A stretch of DNA of 63,713 bases, counting the filler, from Folioceros fuciformis (lineage: Eukaryota), in NCBI GenBank assembly GCA_049999805.1. It is 6 parts of 6 records of this genome, joined end to end, with 100 filler letters (N's around TTAATTAATTAA, not from the genome) between each part and the next. Parts side by side here need not be neighbours in the genome. Positions count along the whole stretch, not along the records: positions 3,395 to 34,836 come from JBNGIO010005789.1; positions 34,937 to 47,975 come from JBNGIO010005790.1; 4 more parts are not named here. One strand, given 5' to 3'. This document shows positions 24,531-38,300 of the stretch, one piece after another. Position numbers and translations under genes: made by a program. The first letter of the stretch is position 1. Every line of letters starts with the position of its first letter. Below the pieces are notes generated by a model. That model saw nothing but the letters and a program-made list of their open reading frames with translations. It was not told where the DNA came from and made no database searches.

Positions 24531-27500
24531 ATGGGTGGCTCCGACCTTTGCGTGTTGTTCGCCGATTCCTTTGCGCATGGGGAAGTGAGGGACCATGTGG
24601 ACGAGGTGACTGGAGCGATTTTTTATTGCATTGCAGGATTGGTGGATTCTCTCCAGCTCCCCTCAGTTGCGGTGCTTTCTCTGAAACTGGATGTTGCAGG
24701 TGCGGTTCGATGAGCCGGTTGTCATCTGTGGATGTGAGGTGGTGGACGCTGGCGCTTCTTCGCTCTGTCCAGCGTTGTCGTTGAGGGGGTACGTTTGTTT
24801 TGGAATTTCACCTCGTTTCATGGCTTGTCGGGGATAGCAGGACTGACGGTGGGAATCTATTTGATGGGGCTGCAGGATCACCAGACCAGCATCCTTCCCC
24901 CTGGAGATATACGTTCGAAGTGGTGGCGATGCCCGGTTCAAACAGATTAGCCCTACTTTTTTGTATGCTTCATCTTCCTCCGAGCAGATCGATGTTCAGG
25001 TGAGCAGTCGAAGGATTTATTCCTGATTAACAGCTCTGTATGGCTTGGGCTGCAAGACCTGGAGTGTGTGGGCCTTAGTATGTTGCTCTTCCTTGTGGTG
25101 GTGGCAGGCTCTTGTGACTGACCATTTGGTTGTGCGGGGCCATTACTCTGCTCTTACCCTGGTGGTTTTCGGGAATGCTGTCGCTGATTTCTCGAAGGAC
25201 ATGGAAGTAGAGAATGCTACCATGTCTGAAGCGGCTAGCAAAGTTGAGGTATCGTGGCGTCTTCAGCAGCTGAAACTTATCTCGAACAGGTCGAGACAGG
25301 TGCCAGCTGTTAGGCAGCTGCTTCAGTTTGCCTTGACTGGAGATCATGTTTCTATAGATAGTAAATGGGTGCAAAAAGTGGTGAAGACTCTCCTTTCTGC
25401 CTCTTCTTCACTCTTTCCACCTCTCAGGAAGTTACATGGGCCTGCAAGTGTTAGCCGGTGGTCATCCTTTGTGAAGTACACTGCAGGTGAGGTCCAGGAC
25501 TCGCAGAAGGATGAGCGGAATGTAGATGATGTGCATGAGACTTTTCAGATTCTTCATGAACAGCTGCATGAGCAAGTAGAGCATGGGAAGAGCGTGGAGG
25601 AAATACTAGAGCCTCAATGTGCATCTGAAGGAAAGGTAGAGCCTATTGTTTTCAAACAAAGTCCTGGTCAGCAAGTTCTCAAGGACGAGGAATGTGGCAA
25701 ATGTCACCCTGAACAACAGTTGAAACTTCAGTCGGAGGCTGGGCAGAACCATGCGTGGCAGAGTGATGAGAAACAGAAGCTGGGTCCCCAGCGTCAAGAA
25801 AGTGAAAAGCAAGAGATTGCGGGTGACCATCAAGAGAAGCCAGAGGTTGAGCATGGTTATGAAGGGGAGCCAGAGACTGACAGTGATCATCAAGCGAAGC
25901 AAGGGATTGAGGGTCACCAGCAAGAGAAGCCAGAACTAGGGACTGACCAGCAAGAGAAGCCAGAGCTAGAGACTGACGAGCAAGAGAAGCCAGAGCTTAA
26001 GACTTACCAACAAGAGAAGCCAGAGATTGAGGGCGACCATGAAGAGAATCCAGAGATCGAGGGTGACCATGAAGAGAAGCCAGAGATGGAGGGTGACCAT
26101 GAAGAGAACCTAGAGATGGAGGATAGCCCTGGAGAGAGGCCAGAGATCGAGGGTAGCCATCAAGAGAAGCCAGACACTGTTACAGACGAAGAAGAGATTC
26201 AGCCCGAAGCACAAAAGGACCAGGAACGGAAGATAGAACCTCAGAACAACCAGGAAGGAAAGCCTGACTTCGAAGACAACCTAGAAGCGAGGCTTGACAT
26301 TCAAAACAACGAACAAAACCTTGAAAATCACGACCAAGAGGAACCAGTTGTAAAGGACCAGGAAGAGGAGCTTAAGAATGGGCAACGAGAGAACCCACAA
26401 CTTGAGTGTGACGATGAGGTGTGCGTGTCAGTAAAGAGCGTGGAGGTCAAAGATGACCATGACAACGATGGAAAGGCTGCTGGTGAAGGAGGAAGTTCAT
26501 TTGAAGAAGCCATGACGATGGAGGCGGATGATCATCACAGTAACGTGCTAGGATGTCTGACCGATGTTGATGAAGTCAGACTGTCCCCCATGATAGAGTT
26601 GATAGTTTCGTGGATTCAGGCTGGTGTGGAGCAAGCAAAAAGCTCCTCTGAGGGCATTATTCTGGTACTCCTACAGTTTTATATTTTCATAAAAAATTGG
26701 CTATTCGTGTCTCTCCTGGACTCTTTGTAACAGCACGAACTCTGCAGGTGGATAGCCTTATTGCAGGTCTGGCTGCTGCACAGCTAGTTTGTTTGGATGC
26801 TGAATGCTGCAGCAAATTTGTGGAGGTCGGTGGAATCAAAGTTGTGATGGATGTGCTAATGGATGGTGCTTTCGACAACTCTGCCATCTGTCTTCTGGCG
26901 CTCAGGGCTATTGAGTGCTGCTCTTGTCACGCCATAGCTTGTAATGCTCTGTCAAGCTGGCACAACTCCCAAGCACCTCCTGGGGGTGGACATATGGATG
27001 CATCTGTTTCCCCTATTCAGTGCACGCCTCTGCTGCAGCTTTTAGCTCAGCCTCTCAGGCAGCCTGTTGCTCAGCTTGTACTGTGTGTTCTCCAGAGACT
27101 CCGTGCTTCTGAAGCTGCAGCCACGTTTCAGGTCTGTCTTTTCATACAGGGCTTTTTTGCTTGTGCTTCTCAGTTGCTCAAATTGCACTTCTCACATACC
27201 GAAAACGAACTGCACCTGCAGTGCACCGCAGACATGGTTTTGCAGAAGTCAGACGAGAGTTGTGAATGTGATGACAGAAAGTTACTGGACAGAATGGCAT
27301 TGGCATTGACTGAGTTGCAGGTTTGTATGCATCTCTGTTGTGTTGAAATTGTGATGCAAAACCCAATGTCAATTGCATGTAGTCACAATTTCTTCCATAT
27401 TGTTATCTTCTCACTTAATTGAGCAGAAGTGTCTAGTCATCATGGATTCCACAGTGGAGGGATGTTCACCAATTCTATTGGCAAAAGCTCTTGGTTTCAG

Positions 27501-30500
27501 CATAGACGGAAATGGTCAAAAGTCCACATTTGGCACGAAGCTTATGTCAGGACCAGAGGACATAGACCCATATGTGCTCGCCATTCTTCAGGTAGTAAAT
27601 TGCTCTCGAATTTTTCATCCTTATCCCATCATGAACAACACTTACCAAAGCGCTGTTGTAGAGGACATGGTTATGTGGAATGAGAATTTCCACATTGTAG
27701 TCTGGAACCTAAGGCACTTCCATATGTCTGGCATGTCGGTGCATGCAGGAAAGGAGAATCATACCCTCGTTGGCTGCTCTTCTTGCAGCTCTAGTTTTCA
27801 GGTCTGCTGAAGGAACTGTGGCAAGCTCATGCCAGAATCTGCTGTCCGCTGTCCACTCTCTTGTTCTGACCCTAGTAAGCTGCAAATCTGGTGAGTACCT
27901 TTGTATTCTGTGACCTTGTGAACTTGTACGAATCTGTGGATCCTTAACTGACAGTATGTTAGCTCTCTGTAGGGTCTATATTTCTTTGTTCGGAGCCAGA
28001 TGCAGCCGGATCTTTGGCAGCAGTCTTACAGGGTCCAAATGATTTTCAAGAACAGGAACATCTGCCTGTGCGCTATGCAAGAGCTCTCCAGTCTGTTGGT
28101 TTGCTTCACCAACCAAAGGATCTGGGGAGGATTCTCCAAACAAGCTTGTTTGTGGTTCGTTGCCTATCTAGCACGCATCTTGTGGTGCCTTTATGGTTCT
28201 TTGTAGCTTGAGCGGCATGCTTACTCACATATGTATGTTTTCCTCTTCTCCTCACATACAATTCCTCCTCTTAACATTCAAAAGTCCTAGCCAACAGTTT
28301 GCTGCGTATTTTGCAGACACAAGCTATAGATAAGTTTCTTGTTGCTGGGGTGGAAGCACAGGAAGTATTTTGGGCTCTTAGAGATCTAGTGGCAATATCC
28401 AGGTATGCACAAGGCTGCTTGTTTGAGAGAAGAGATTTCTTCAGTTGTTGAGTGAGGAGAGCGTGCAAGCTATTGGCAAATGTGGGGTTTACTTTTGTTT
28501 TTTCCTTTTGTATCTGCAGGTCAGAAAGTGGCAGACAGGCAGTAATGTCAATTGTCTGGTTTCCGGAGGTATGAATAGTTCAGTGTTTTTATGTCAGCTG
28601 TCAAGCTGAAAGTAAATCGAAATCTGTAAATCGAAGTCTGCTAACGCTCTATTTCAGGCCCTGTCGATGTTGAAGGATACTATACAGCAAGGGCCTGAGT
28701 CAGCTCCACCATCTCTAGCAGGTAGTGTACTATAGTTTTGAATGATTGTTAACGAGTGGGGTTGTAATGTCATGATCCTCAAGCTAAGTTGGTTGAACCT
28801 TTTCTTTTTTCAGAAGGGGCAGCCTTGAGGTGTGCTGCAATGCACTTCGCAGGTGAAATCTTGCAGGTGGTCCTCTCTGATCCATCACCTGCGACACTAC
28901 TATTGTGGATGCCCCATGCTATTCCCTTGCAGGAGGCTCTGCAAACCAGGCCAGCAGCTCAAGTTGACTTGTCCCTCCCAAATAGTCGATCTGACAAAGA
29001 TGCATTATGTGGACGCCTCCTCTCGTGGGTGGACGCAGCCGTAGTGTACCAGAAGGGGGGTGTAGTTGGCTTGCTCAAATATGTTGCAGGCCTTGCGGCA
29101 GGTGCTGTACAGCAACTCACTTCAAATGGCCTCTCACCGGGTGAGGGTGTAGAGTTTGACAGAAACAAGTCAAATGAATCGGGTGGGACTGTTGACTTCC
29201 CAAACGTCCCTCCTTGTTCCTTTGTGAAAGGGGTTGGACAGACTGCCACAAGACTGGCTAATGCTGCTGTTCCTCAACTGACAGTGGCATTTCGCATTTT
29301 AGCCCACGTCTCATCTGACCCTGTAAGAAATATGTCCAAAAGTATCCTTCAATTGTCAGGTCGTTAGTTTGCGAAATCAATTGTTGTCTGGTCTTTTCGA
29401 ATGAACACACTGCTGTGTTCTGTCCTAATGCAACTTGCCGTCACTGTTGTGAAGAGCGTTGCTGCTCTCCTGTATGGAGAGGGTGCCATGGAAAGCTTGC
29501 TCAATGTGCTTGAGCAATGTTCAACTGCTTTTCACCAGTCGCCAGTAAATCAAGGTTCGACTATACCTGATTACCAGCTGTACAGTGGATCGAAAACTCT
29601 GGGCGTAGCAGTTATATATGCCTGGTGTCCTGCAGATGAAAACTTATATGAGGACGCTGAAGATGGTGTAGCAGAAGAGTTGACTGGACGGGTGATCGAA
29701 CGTTGCCTAATGGCATTGCTGTTCCATGCATTGTTGGTTCTACTAAATATTCTGAAAAGGCTTCAGGTACTGTGAGGGAGGTTATGTATGCCGGCAGATG
29801 AAGTTCTCTGCAGTTTGGAGGGTATGTCTTCACAATGAGGAGTCCATGTTGTGGCTGAAAACTTCCGTCATCTCTCCTGTGCAGACTGCAGTCCAGTCAT
29901 TCCAAAATTCAAAATTGGTGGATCTGCTTTTGCGACTGCATCATTGCTTCAGGTAGATTGAATTAGTTTCATGGCATTATTTGTGCATGTCCATCGCTGT
30001 ACTTTCTCTCTTAAGACTGGAAATAGCTTCCTTGTGCTGACGGCTAGATCCCTGTGTTGTGACACATCGGTACAGTGTGCGTATGATGTCGTTTGGAACA
30101 GTCCCACCATCTTCTTGGACGGGGGGCACATTGGATGTGGGGGCCATCTGCAAAGTCTTAGCCTCAATCTTGGCTCTGTGGCCAATCTATGGCTGGGCAC
30201 CGGCACTTCTTCCTCGTCTGCTTGGCACCAGCAGCATGCCCACAACGGCCACAACTGCAGATTGGCTCCCCCCAGAGCCAGGCAAGGCGTGCAGTGCTCT
30301 CTTCTTAGTGGTCTGCACCATCTCTGTATTACCCCTTCTGTTCAGCACGTAGTTATCATCAGCTGTTTGGCTGGACTCCGCAACAGTCATTTTATGGTTT
30401 GTAACTTGTGACCAATTCCAACAGAGGGATATGCTGCCAACAGAGCTGAAGCACTGTAGGCGCGGTTCAGATGTCTTCAGAACGCTAGCTGTGGGGACTC

Positions 30501-33500
30501 TGATAGGTCCCAGCAGCTTGTCAATGCTGGACTGGCACGTGCAGGACTCTCGTTTAGAGAAACTGCTACAGGGATTCGTCCCTCATCTGAGCTACCTGGC
30601 GGAAATGATTCTACAATACTCCACAACGGTACGCTCTGTACTCTCTTTGTCCTCGCAAATCATTTTTGAGTTCCTATGTCGCTCCATGTCAGATCTGGAA
30701 AGAAACTGGTTTCATGTTGTGTGCTTCTTTCACAGACCTGCGGAGTGTTGCGCAACTTACTGACATCTGTCGTGGGAAAACTGGCATGCAAAAACTGCAG
30801 TCATGCCAGTGTCCTAGTTAGTCCAGTGATGGCTTTTCTGAAGGAACACACAGATGGACGTGTGGCCTCTTCTGAACTTGACATCTGCAAGGTGCTTAAA
30901 ACTTCGTAGCATTCCATGTGATGTTCAGGAGGACGCAGTTTGGTGGATTATGGTTTCTGCTAGAAATCTGTGAATAACAGAATGTGTTGCATCCCCAGGT
31001 GCAATGTGTGTTGGAATTTGTTGCTCAGCTGGCTTTACACCCTGGTTCAAAGGTAGGCTTCGTGATGCTACAGGTTAGTTGTATGCCAACAAGTATTCCT
31101 TCCATTTACAGGTGTGTTTCTCAATGTGCCAGGCAGTTTTAATACAGGGAGGGATGGTAGATGTTTTGCTTCGGGTCGTTCAGGCTGAAAATCAGGGATT
31201 TCTTTTGACTGAAGCTAATCTGGATGAAGGGGCACTACATCATTTGAGATTGACATGCAGTTTGTTAAGTCTGAAAGCTATCACAGCCTTGTGTGATGTA
31301 GATATTTCCCGCCCTCCTATAGCATCATTGAAGAGGTATGCGGTTCTGAAAACGCTGACAGTTGCACTGTATCAATGGCATGTTATTTTAAGGAGAACGT
31401 AATATTAAAATCTTAGAACATCTATACAGACGGGCCATAGAAGATTGTCCAAGTCTTGGAGACTGTTGTCTGGTTGCTTCCACGCTTCTTTCTATCTTCC
31501 AAGTATGGTGTTCCATAACCAAGCATGGTCTTATGCAGATTACAGAGCTTGTCTTGAGGCTCTTGTATTCTGATGCATTGTTCCTGATCCCACAGGATGC
31601 ATCTCTGGATGTCGTGGATCATGTACTGGATGGGCTGGAAAAGCTATCAGGACATGATGTCGGGTGTGCAGCCTTCGCAACCGTTGCCCTACGATATCTG
31701 CCAGACCATGATGACGTTGGAAAAGTCCACGATATGAAAGCGGAAAATGGACAAGCAACTCAAGAGGTTGCACATTCGGATGTCGTTGAAGAAAAGCCTG
31801 CAGAAAGGAGCATAGATGACAAGAAGAGCCCCCCTTTTCTCATATGCTGGAAACGACTTTTGTGTCTACTTCAAGATGATGGTGCTTCGCTACCAACTGT
31901 GCTTCAAGCAGTTCACAAGTTGTCACGTACATGTCTGGCACTGGCCTCCAATGAAAGCAGGTTAGTGCGTCCTCGAGAAGACGAATGAGATGCAGACCAC
32001 CACTAATTTCAATTCTTTTCTGAACGAGGGAAGCTATTTCAATTGTGGATCTCTGCTGGTAGCGCGTCTGCAAATGCTGCAAGGTCGGGCAGTGTGCTGA
32101 TTAGTTCGGCGCTGATGTGGCAGATGTGGCTTTTTGGCCCTGAAGATTTTAACTGGCGTGGGCCCTGAAGCAGAGAGGCTTTCAAATGAAGAACTGTCGG
32201 AATCGGCGAAGTCTGTAGTAATTGCTGTGGAAGAGTTCTGTGAACGAGCTCCGCATCTTCTGGGAGATCTGACATCCGTTCCCTGTCCTGCTGGGATATC
32301 TATAGAGGTAGAGTTCTTGGGATGAAGAGTATTGGGTTTTAGATGCACATCTCTGACACGATTTGCTACTCCTGTTCACAGGTGAAACGACTGCTGAATT
32401 CCTTGCTGGACGTACTGGCAAGGCCAATGATCATGACGACGTGCACCTTAAGTGATGAGATTCAGTCCTTGATGAAAGGGATTTCTAGTCCTGATCCTCC
32501 AAGTGTGGTGAAAGACGAAGAAGCAAATGCACTAGGACCTTTGGGGACGGGATTTCTATGTGCGATGGAAGATTGGGATATGGAACCAGACTTACAGGTT
32601 ACAAGCATGGACAAGTCAGTGGATACGTCTTCCAAGCATCTGAGGGAAAAGTTTGTGTGGGAGTGTCCTGCGCTCAGACAGGAAAAACCTTTAGTGTCCA
32701 CCAATTTATCCAAGAGGAGGCCTATCACGACAGTTGACGTCGGGAACAAAAGGCATCGTGCAGATGTGATGGCAGCTGCCTCTGCTACCGAAGGTGTGTC
32801 AAGTGCTGGGGCTGGATCAACTGTGCAGTCTGCACGGGCTGGCGCTGCTGCTGTTAGCTCCGTTGCGCCTTCAAATCGACGGGACAGTTTCAGACAACGA
32901 AAGCCCAACACAAGCCGGCCACCATCAGTGCACGTAGATGACTATCAAGCCCGGGAAAGAGGTGCTACAGGAGGAAGGCCTCCATCCATTCACGTAGATG
33001 AATTTGTTGCCCGGCAGCAGCGTGAAAGAGTGCAACTGGCAGCCGCCCCAGGCAGCACAACTCATACTCTCACAGGGTTGCAAACCTCTTCTGGAGCGGA
33101 CACTCCTGGAATAAAGGAATCAGCTGGGGCGAAAAGTCAAGATGACAGTCAAGGGGATGCGGGGGAGTCTTCTGACTTAGCAGGTATCAAACCCGCAACA
33201 CAGTCCGATTTTCAAGGTTGCATGCTTTCATTGTGCAGAGAAGCATGTTGCATTGTATACCTGCACCTCAAACCAAAATGTGATTGCAGGGCAAGGACCC
33301 TCTCCAATGGATGTGGAACCATTATCTCGTTCCGGGGAGGTACAATGTGGTCAAGATGGCTCATCCACAGCAGTTATGGCTCATTCCGAATTAGAGAGGC
33401 AAAGCCGTGATGTAACCTCTCACAAGCAAGAAGGTGGCGCAAAGCGAGGACTGCAACCCACCACAAAAACAGCTAGTGCCCGAACTTCTGGCAAAAGTAA

Positions 33501-34836
33501 GAGCGCAGGGCCTCTGGTTGTCAGGCTTCCGGAATCTTCAAAATCAGCTCCTATGGCTACAGTAGTTTTGCCCTCACAGCGGCCACCTTCACCAACAGTT
33601 CTTCCCAGACAATCAGATCCTCAGACTGCATCTGCCAACGCGATGTTCACCGTGGGAGGAAGAGAACAGAGGCAGCCGCGTCCTGGAGTGACTTCGATGC
33701 ATGGCCAGGATTCACATCAGGTGCCCCTTGTGATGATGGTGTCTTCACCAACAACACGGGACATGAGACCGCCACCACTTCCGCTAAGGGGAGGGCTCGT
33801 TGAGGTGTATCCTACAACAAGCACAGGGGCAAGTTTGATCGGTGACGCGCAGAGAGAACGTGGTGGTGGGGAGTTTGCTCCTTCATTAGCACCCCCTCCT
33901 CCGCCTCTTTGGTTGTCAATGGATGCCCGTCGCCCGGACTCAACTTTACTTCAACCACCTTCAGTATCTCAACAGCCTCGTGGGCTGTTTCCTTTTTCCG
34001 CGCTACACCCTGAGCTGCCTGTTGGAGTGCAGGCTCTTGCACCACCTTGGCCTGGAGTAGTCAGCAATCCAAGAATGTTTGAGGAGCTGGGGCATGTCTT
34101 TGGAGGACCGGGCCGGCCATCGCATCTGCCCACTCTCCCCTCTCAACTTGCAGGCAGTCCACTGGCTGCAATGCAAGGACCTGGGCAAACTGGACATTCG
34201 GGGATGTCTGCCCAGCCATATGGGCAAGGAAGTCTGCCTTTGGAGACGAGACCGGCTTATTCTCTATCACCAAATGAACGCAGGTTTGGTGTCTATAATA
34301 CTCTGCCAGCAGTGTCGTTTGTCTCTGGCTATCCTCCTCCATCTCCAAGTTCCAGGCCACCAACTCCTGTCAGCCAGAGTCAACAACAGCAGCAACACCA
34401 AATGCTGCAGGCTCAGCAACTACAGATCCAGCAGCAACTGCAGCTGCAGCAACAAACACAGTTGCAACAGTCATCCCAGGTGCAACTAACACAGCAGTCG
34501 CAAGCGCATTCACACCAGCAACAGCAAATTCAGCAGAGTCAGCGTACACACCAGCAGCTTCAACAACAGCAGATGCACCAACATCAGCAGCAACAGCAGA
34601 AGATCCAGCAGCAGCAGCTGCAACAACAACAACAGCAACAAATACAGCAGCAGCTTCGCCTGCAACAGCAACAGCACCTGCAGCAGCAGCAACAACAGCA
34701 CCTGCAGCAGCAGCAACAACAGCACCTGCAGCAGCAACAACAACAACACCTGCAGCAGCAACAGCAACAACAACACCAGCAACAGCAGCAGCAGATACAA
34801 GTGCAGCAGCACCAACAGAACCTTGCGCGCCCAGTA
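24531..34836 (+). CDS. VIR: VIRILIZER (VIRMA/KIAA1429, EMB2016), m6A writer complex subunit; many exons, 3' end cut by contig end
   Basis: N-terminal LCVLFADSF.H....HVDE|VRFDEPVVI, FPLEIYVR, LVTDHLVVRGHYSALTLVVFGN; C-terminal KFVWECP, RRDSFRQRKPNTSRPPSVHVDDY, RPPSIHVDEF; Pro-rich and polyQ tail. Confidence 0.93.
25820..26180 (+). repeat. 30-bp coding tandem repeat (HQEKPEIEGD-like) in VIR
   Basis: CAAGAGAAGCCAGAG/GAAGAGAA recurs at 30-nt spacing, in frame. Confidence 0.88.
34381..34820 (+). repeat. CAG/CAA polyglutamine tract in the VIR C-terminus
   Basis: In-frame Gln-dominated stretch with HLQQQQQQ repeats. Confidence 0.9.
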
Positions 34837-34936
34837 NNNNNNNNNNNNNNNNNNNNNNNNNNNNNNNNNNNNNNNNNNNNTTAATTAATTAANNNNNNNN
34901 NNNNNNNNNNNNNNNNNNNNNNNNNNNNNNNNNNNN

Positions 34937-35341
34937 AGAGATTACTCAGCTTGGCTGGAATCGTCTGAACGGCATCGAAGTTGCGCAGCACCACCATGGC
35001 TCTGCCAATCACCCACAGCAAGTTAGGAAATTTGCAGCGCAAGGCTGCAGTGGGAGCAAAATGGCAACCACTTACCATAGCGAATGATGAGGCAACCTTC
35101 GTCGGAGAATTCACTTCCTGCATACATAAATCTGTCCATGCAATTGGGCAGGAATCACCAGGGAGCATCATCGACAAGTCGCGGCAAACCTTGCGCTGTG
35201 CGGAACCTAGCGTGAGCCAATTCAAGCTCCTCTTCCAGTGTGTACAGCTGTTTGAAGCCGGAACAGACCTTGCAAGGGCGTCGTCGACGCAGGAGACAAA
35301 GGACCGGCACGATGAGAAGCACAATGCATGCTAAGTGGGAG
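34937..35341 (+). mobile_element. 3' internal end and PPT of an upstream copy of the same copia family, sharing the LTR at 35342
   Basis: Near-identical to 41072-41618 apart from a ~140-nt deletion; ends in PPT AAGTGGGAG. Confidence 0.85.
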
Positions 35342-38300
35342 TAAAAATATAAATAAGTTGAAGGTTATTTATTTAAAGTAGCCTGCATTTAATTAATAAT
35401 AGTTATATATCGAAACTTTAGATACATAAGGGTGCATAATGAATGGTCGTGACCTAACTAACTCAACAGCCACTTTCACGGGACACCGTGAACCGGTGTC
35501 CCCACGCCTTCAAGAAGGCCACACGACCTTCCATAATTTACTTCTTACTTTCCTACACATTTGCTTCTAGCACGATCCTCTACTTTTATCTTTATGGTAT
35601 CAGAGCTGTAGCATGGATTCAGTCAATCCCTCCCAACAAGTCTGCAAAATTTGCGAAAGCAAAGATTGTATTAAAAATCTGCCACATGCATCTTTTTGTG
35701 CAGCCATTTCAGCACTTAAAAATGCATTAAGCAGATTTGGGAAGATGACTGAACAATTCTTGGAAAATGTGGTAGAACATTACTACTCTTAAGTGTCTAA
35801 GCATTATGCCGAGGAATAGAGGCAAAGGTTGTAGCAATCTTACGCTGTCTGCTGAGAGTGAACGCCAACTCCATGCTAGAATTCCTGGAGAGGTCTTCGA
35901 AAATCATATGCAAGTCTTAGAAAGGTTCTTTAACAATCACTGCAAGAGTCTTTACCAGCAGAAACAACATCAAGTTAGTAAAAATCAGCAATCACTGAAC
36001 AATAATCCAATTCCAACATTTGGATCACGCACACAACCTAGAGAGAATTTGCCTTGTTCACACCACATTCCTCAGCAAAGTTTGTCAAGATTTGTAGCAC
36101 CCCGTCCCACTTTATGTCATACATGTACTGATAGGTATAATTCCTTTCCACTTCCTTCTGATCAACTCGTTGTTGATGTGTATGAACTAGTAAAGTCACA
36201 AGGCCAGATAACCAGGGGTAGAATCACTGCATTAGAAGATAGATTAGTAGCAAACAACACTAAATTGGATGCACTAAGCCTGCAAAGTCGCAACCTAGCC
36301 ATCATCTCACAATCCCAGGAGAAACATAAAGAACCTGAGTATTTTTGAGCATTATGGTTTTGAGAACCTGCAAGAGCCAATTGCTCCAGTTGTACTTGAG
36401 ATGAAGGCAATCGTTGATTCTCATATTAAGGCACTTGACGAGATGGAGTCACTTGTACCAAAGTGCACTCAATAATTCTGAAATTGTGTACATGTCACAC
36501 GGCGGACGTGGAGGCAGAGGCAATCGTGGGCGCTACCACCTACAACACGGAAGATGACATGATTCTGACGAGGAGGATACTGAGCATTCAGAGGAAATTG
36601 AAACACGACCTGTAGACAAAGACGTTGAGCAGGCACCTAACCAGGCTAGCTCGTCGGTCCATCATCATCCTACACCTCATCAAATTAGAAATCTGGCTCA
36701 GTTAGCTGCAGCTGCACAAGCTGCACAAGCCGCAAGGGCTGCAAGATTAGCAAGGGCTGCAGCTGCACAAGCCGCCAAAATGGCACAACCAGTAACACAT
36801 CTGAAGATAGATTTTAAGGAAAAAGATAGGTTCTCAGGGTCCAATTTTGATATCTGGGCCATGCGTGTCACCACCATACTTTGAGAGCATGAGTTGTGGG
36901 ACACAGTCAGTGGTACTAATGCCAAGCCTAGAAACAATGCTACAGTAGCAAAAAAGGCGGCATGGGCCAGATTAGACCTTAGGGCACTAGGTGTCATCCA
37001 ATCAACCCTTGATGCATCCATGATGCATCATACACAAGGTGCTGAAACAACAAAGGACGTCTGGGACTCTCTAACCCAAATATATCAAGTTACAAATGGA
37101 AGTTCAATAGTGCAGGCCACAAGGGCCTTTTATACTTGCCATATGAAGGAGAATGAAACCGTTGAGCAGCACATCATTAAGTTTCGAACACTTCGAACCA
37201 AGCTCATCTCTAGTGGAACACCAGTCAATGAGCTTCAAGCTTCAGTGGCCCTCCTTCTTTCATTACCGGACAGCTATCGAACATTTATAAGCAATTATAG
37301 CTCTACACTTAGAGCAGCAGGTCAGCCACCAGGGATCACTCTCTCTGACCTAATTGGAGCTCTTCTCGAGGAGGAGTCCACACATGCTACCAGGCGAGGA
37401 AGCAATTTCCAGAGAGGTGAGTCCTCCAACAGGGTGGGTGCTCTACATGAACAAGGGCCCTCGGCGACCACCTTCTCGACCATCCTGGCAGCCTAACACC
37501 AACAATGCTTGTAAGAAACGGTCTCCACAAGCTGGACCTGCAAAGAAGAAGGGGCCCTGTAATTGGTGCCTCATACCTGGCCATTACGAATCAGAATGTC
37601 GTAAGAAAAAGGAAAATGAGCCTCGGAGGTCTGCACCTCCACCTGAGTCTAACATAGCACAAAGAAAGTCACAAACTTTGCTTGCTGTATGCCTTGTGTC
37701 CACAGCTTCAGATCAGTCCGCATGGTTTCTAGATTCTGGAGCATCAGCTCATTGCTTTCAGTCAAGGCAGGCATTCTCTGAGTATGAAAAGATACCACCT
37801 GGTCAAGAAGTCCTCATGGGTGATGACAGGGGTAGTCCCATTGCTGGTGTAGGAACAGTTTCAATACTACTTTCAGATAAGTCCACACTGTACCTATAGG
37901 GTGTCCTCCATGTTCCAGCTATGGTTAAGAACTTAGTAGCATTATACAAGTTCTCAATAGAAACTGGTCTTGACACTTCCTTTCGTGGCACCACTTGTGT
38001 CATTTCTAATCCAAAGTCCAAAGGGAAAGTGAAAGCCATAGGCACACCTGTCAATGACATTTACAAATTAGACTTTGTTTCTAAGCTATGCCAGCCTCAT
38101 GCACATGTTACCCAAGCTCAGCAACAGGAGAAGGATGCCATGCTATGGCACTGCCGCTTGGGGCATGTTAACTTCGATAAGTTGAAGACTATGGTGGCAT
38201 CTAACAGCCTATACAGAGAAAAGTTCATGCTAAAATTTGCAGACAAGCAGTTTTGTGAATCCTGTGTATTTGGGAAGCATCATCGACTTCCCTATAAAGA

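Noticed and set aside
30281-30290. Possible GC-AG intron donor in VIR
   Set aside because: The frame continues (PGKACSALFLV) to a normal GT donor at ~30312.
5568-34836. Functional gene cluster
   Set aside because: The genes have unrelated functions; this is ordinary gene order in a compact genome.
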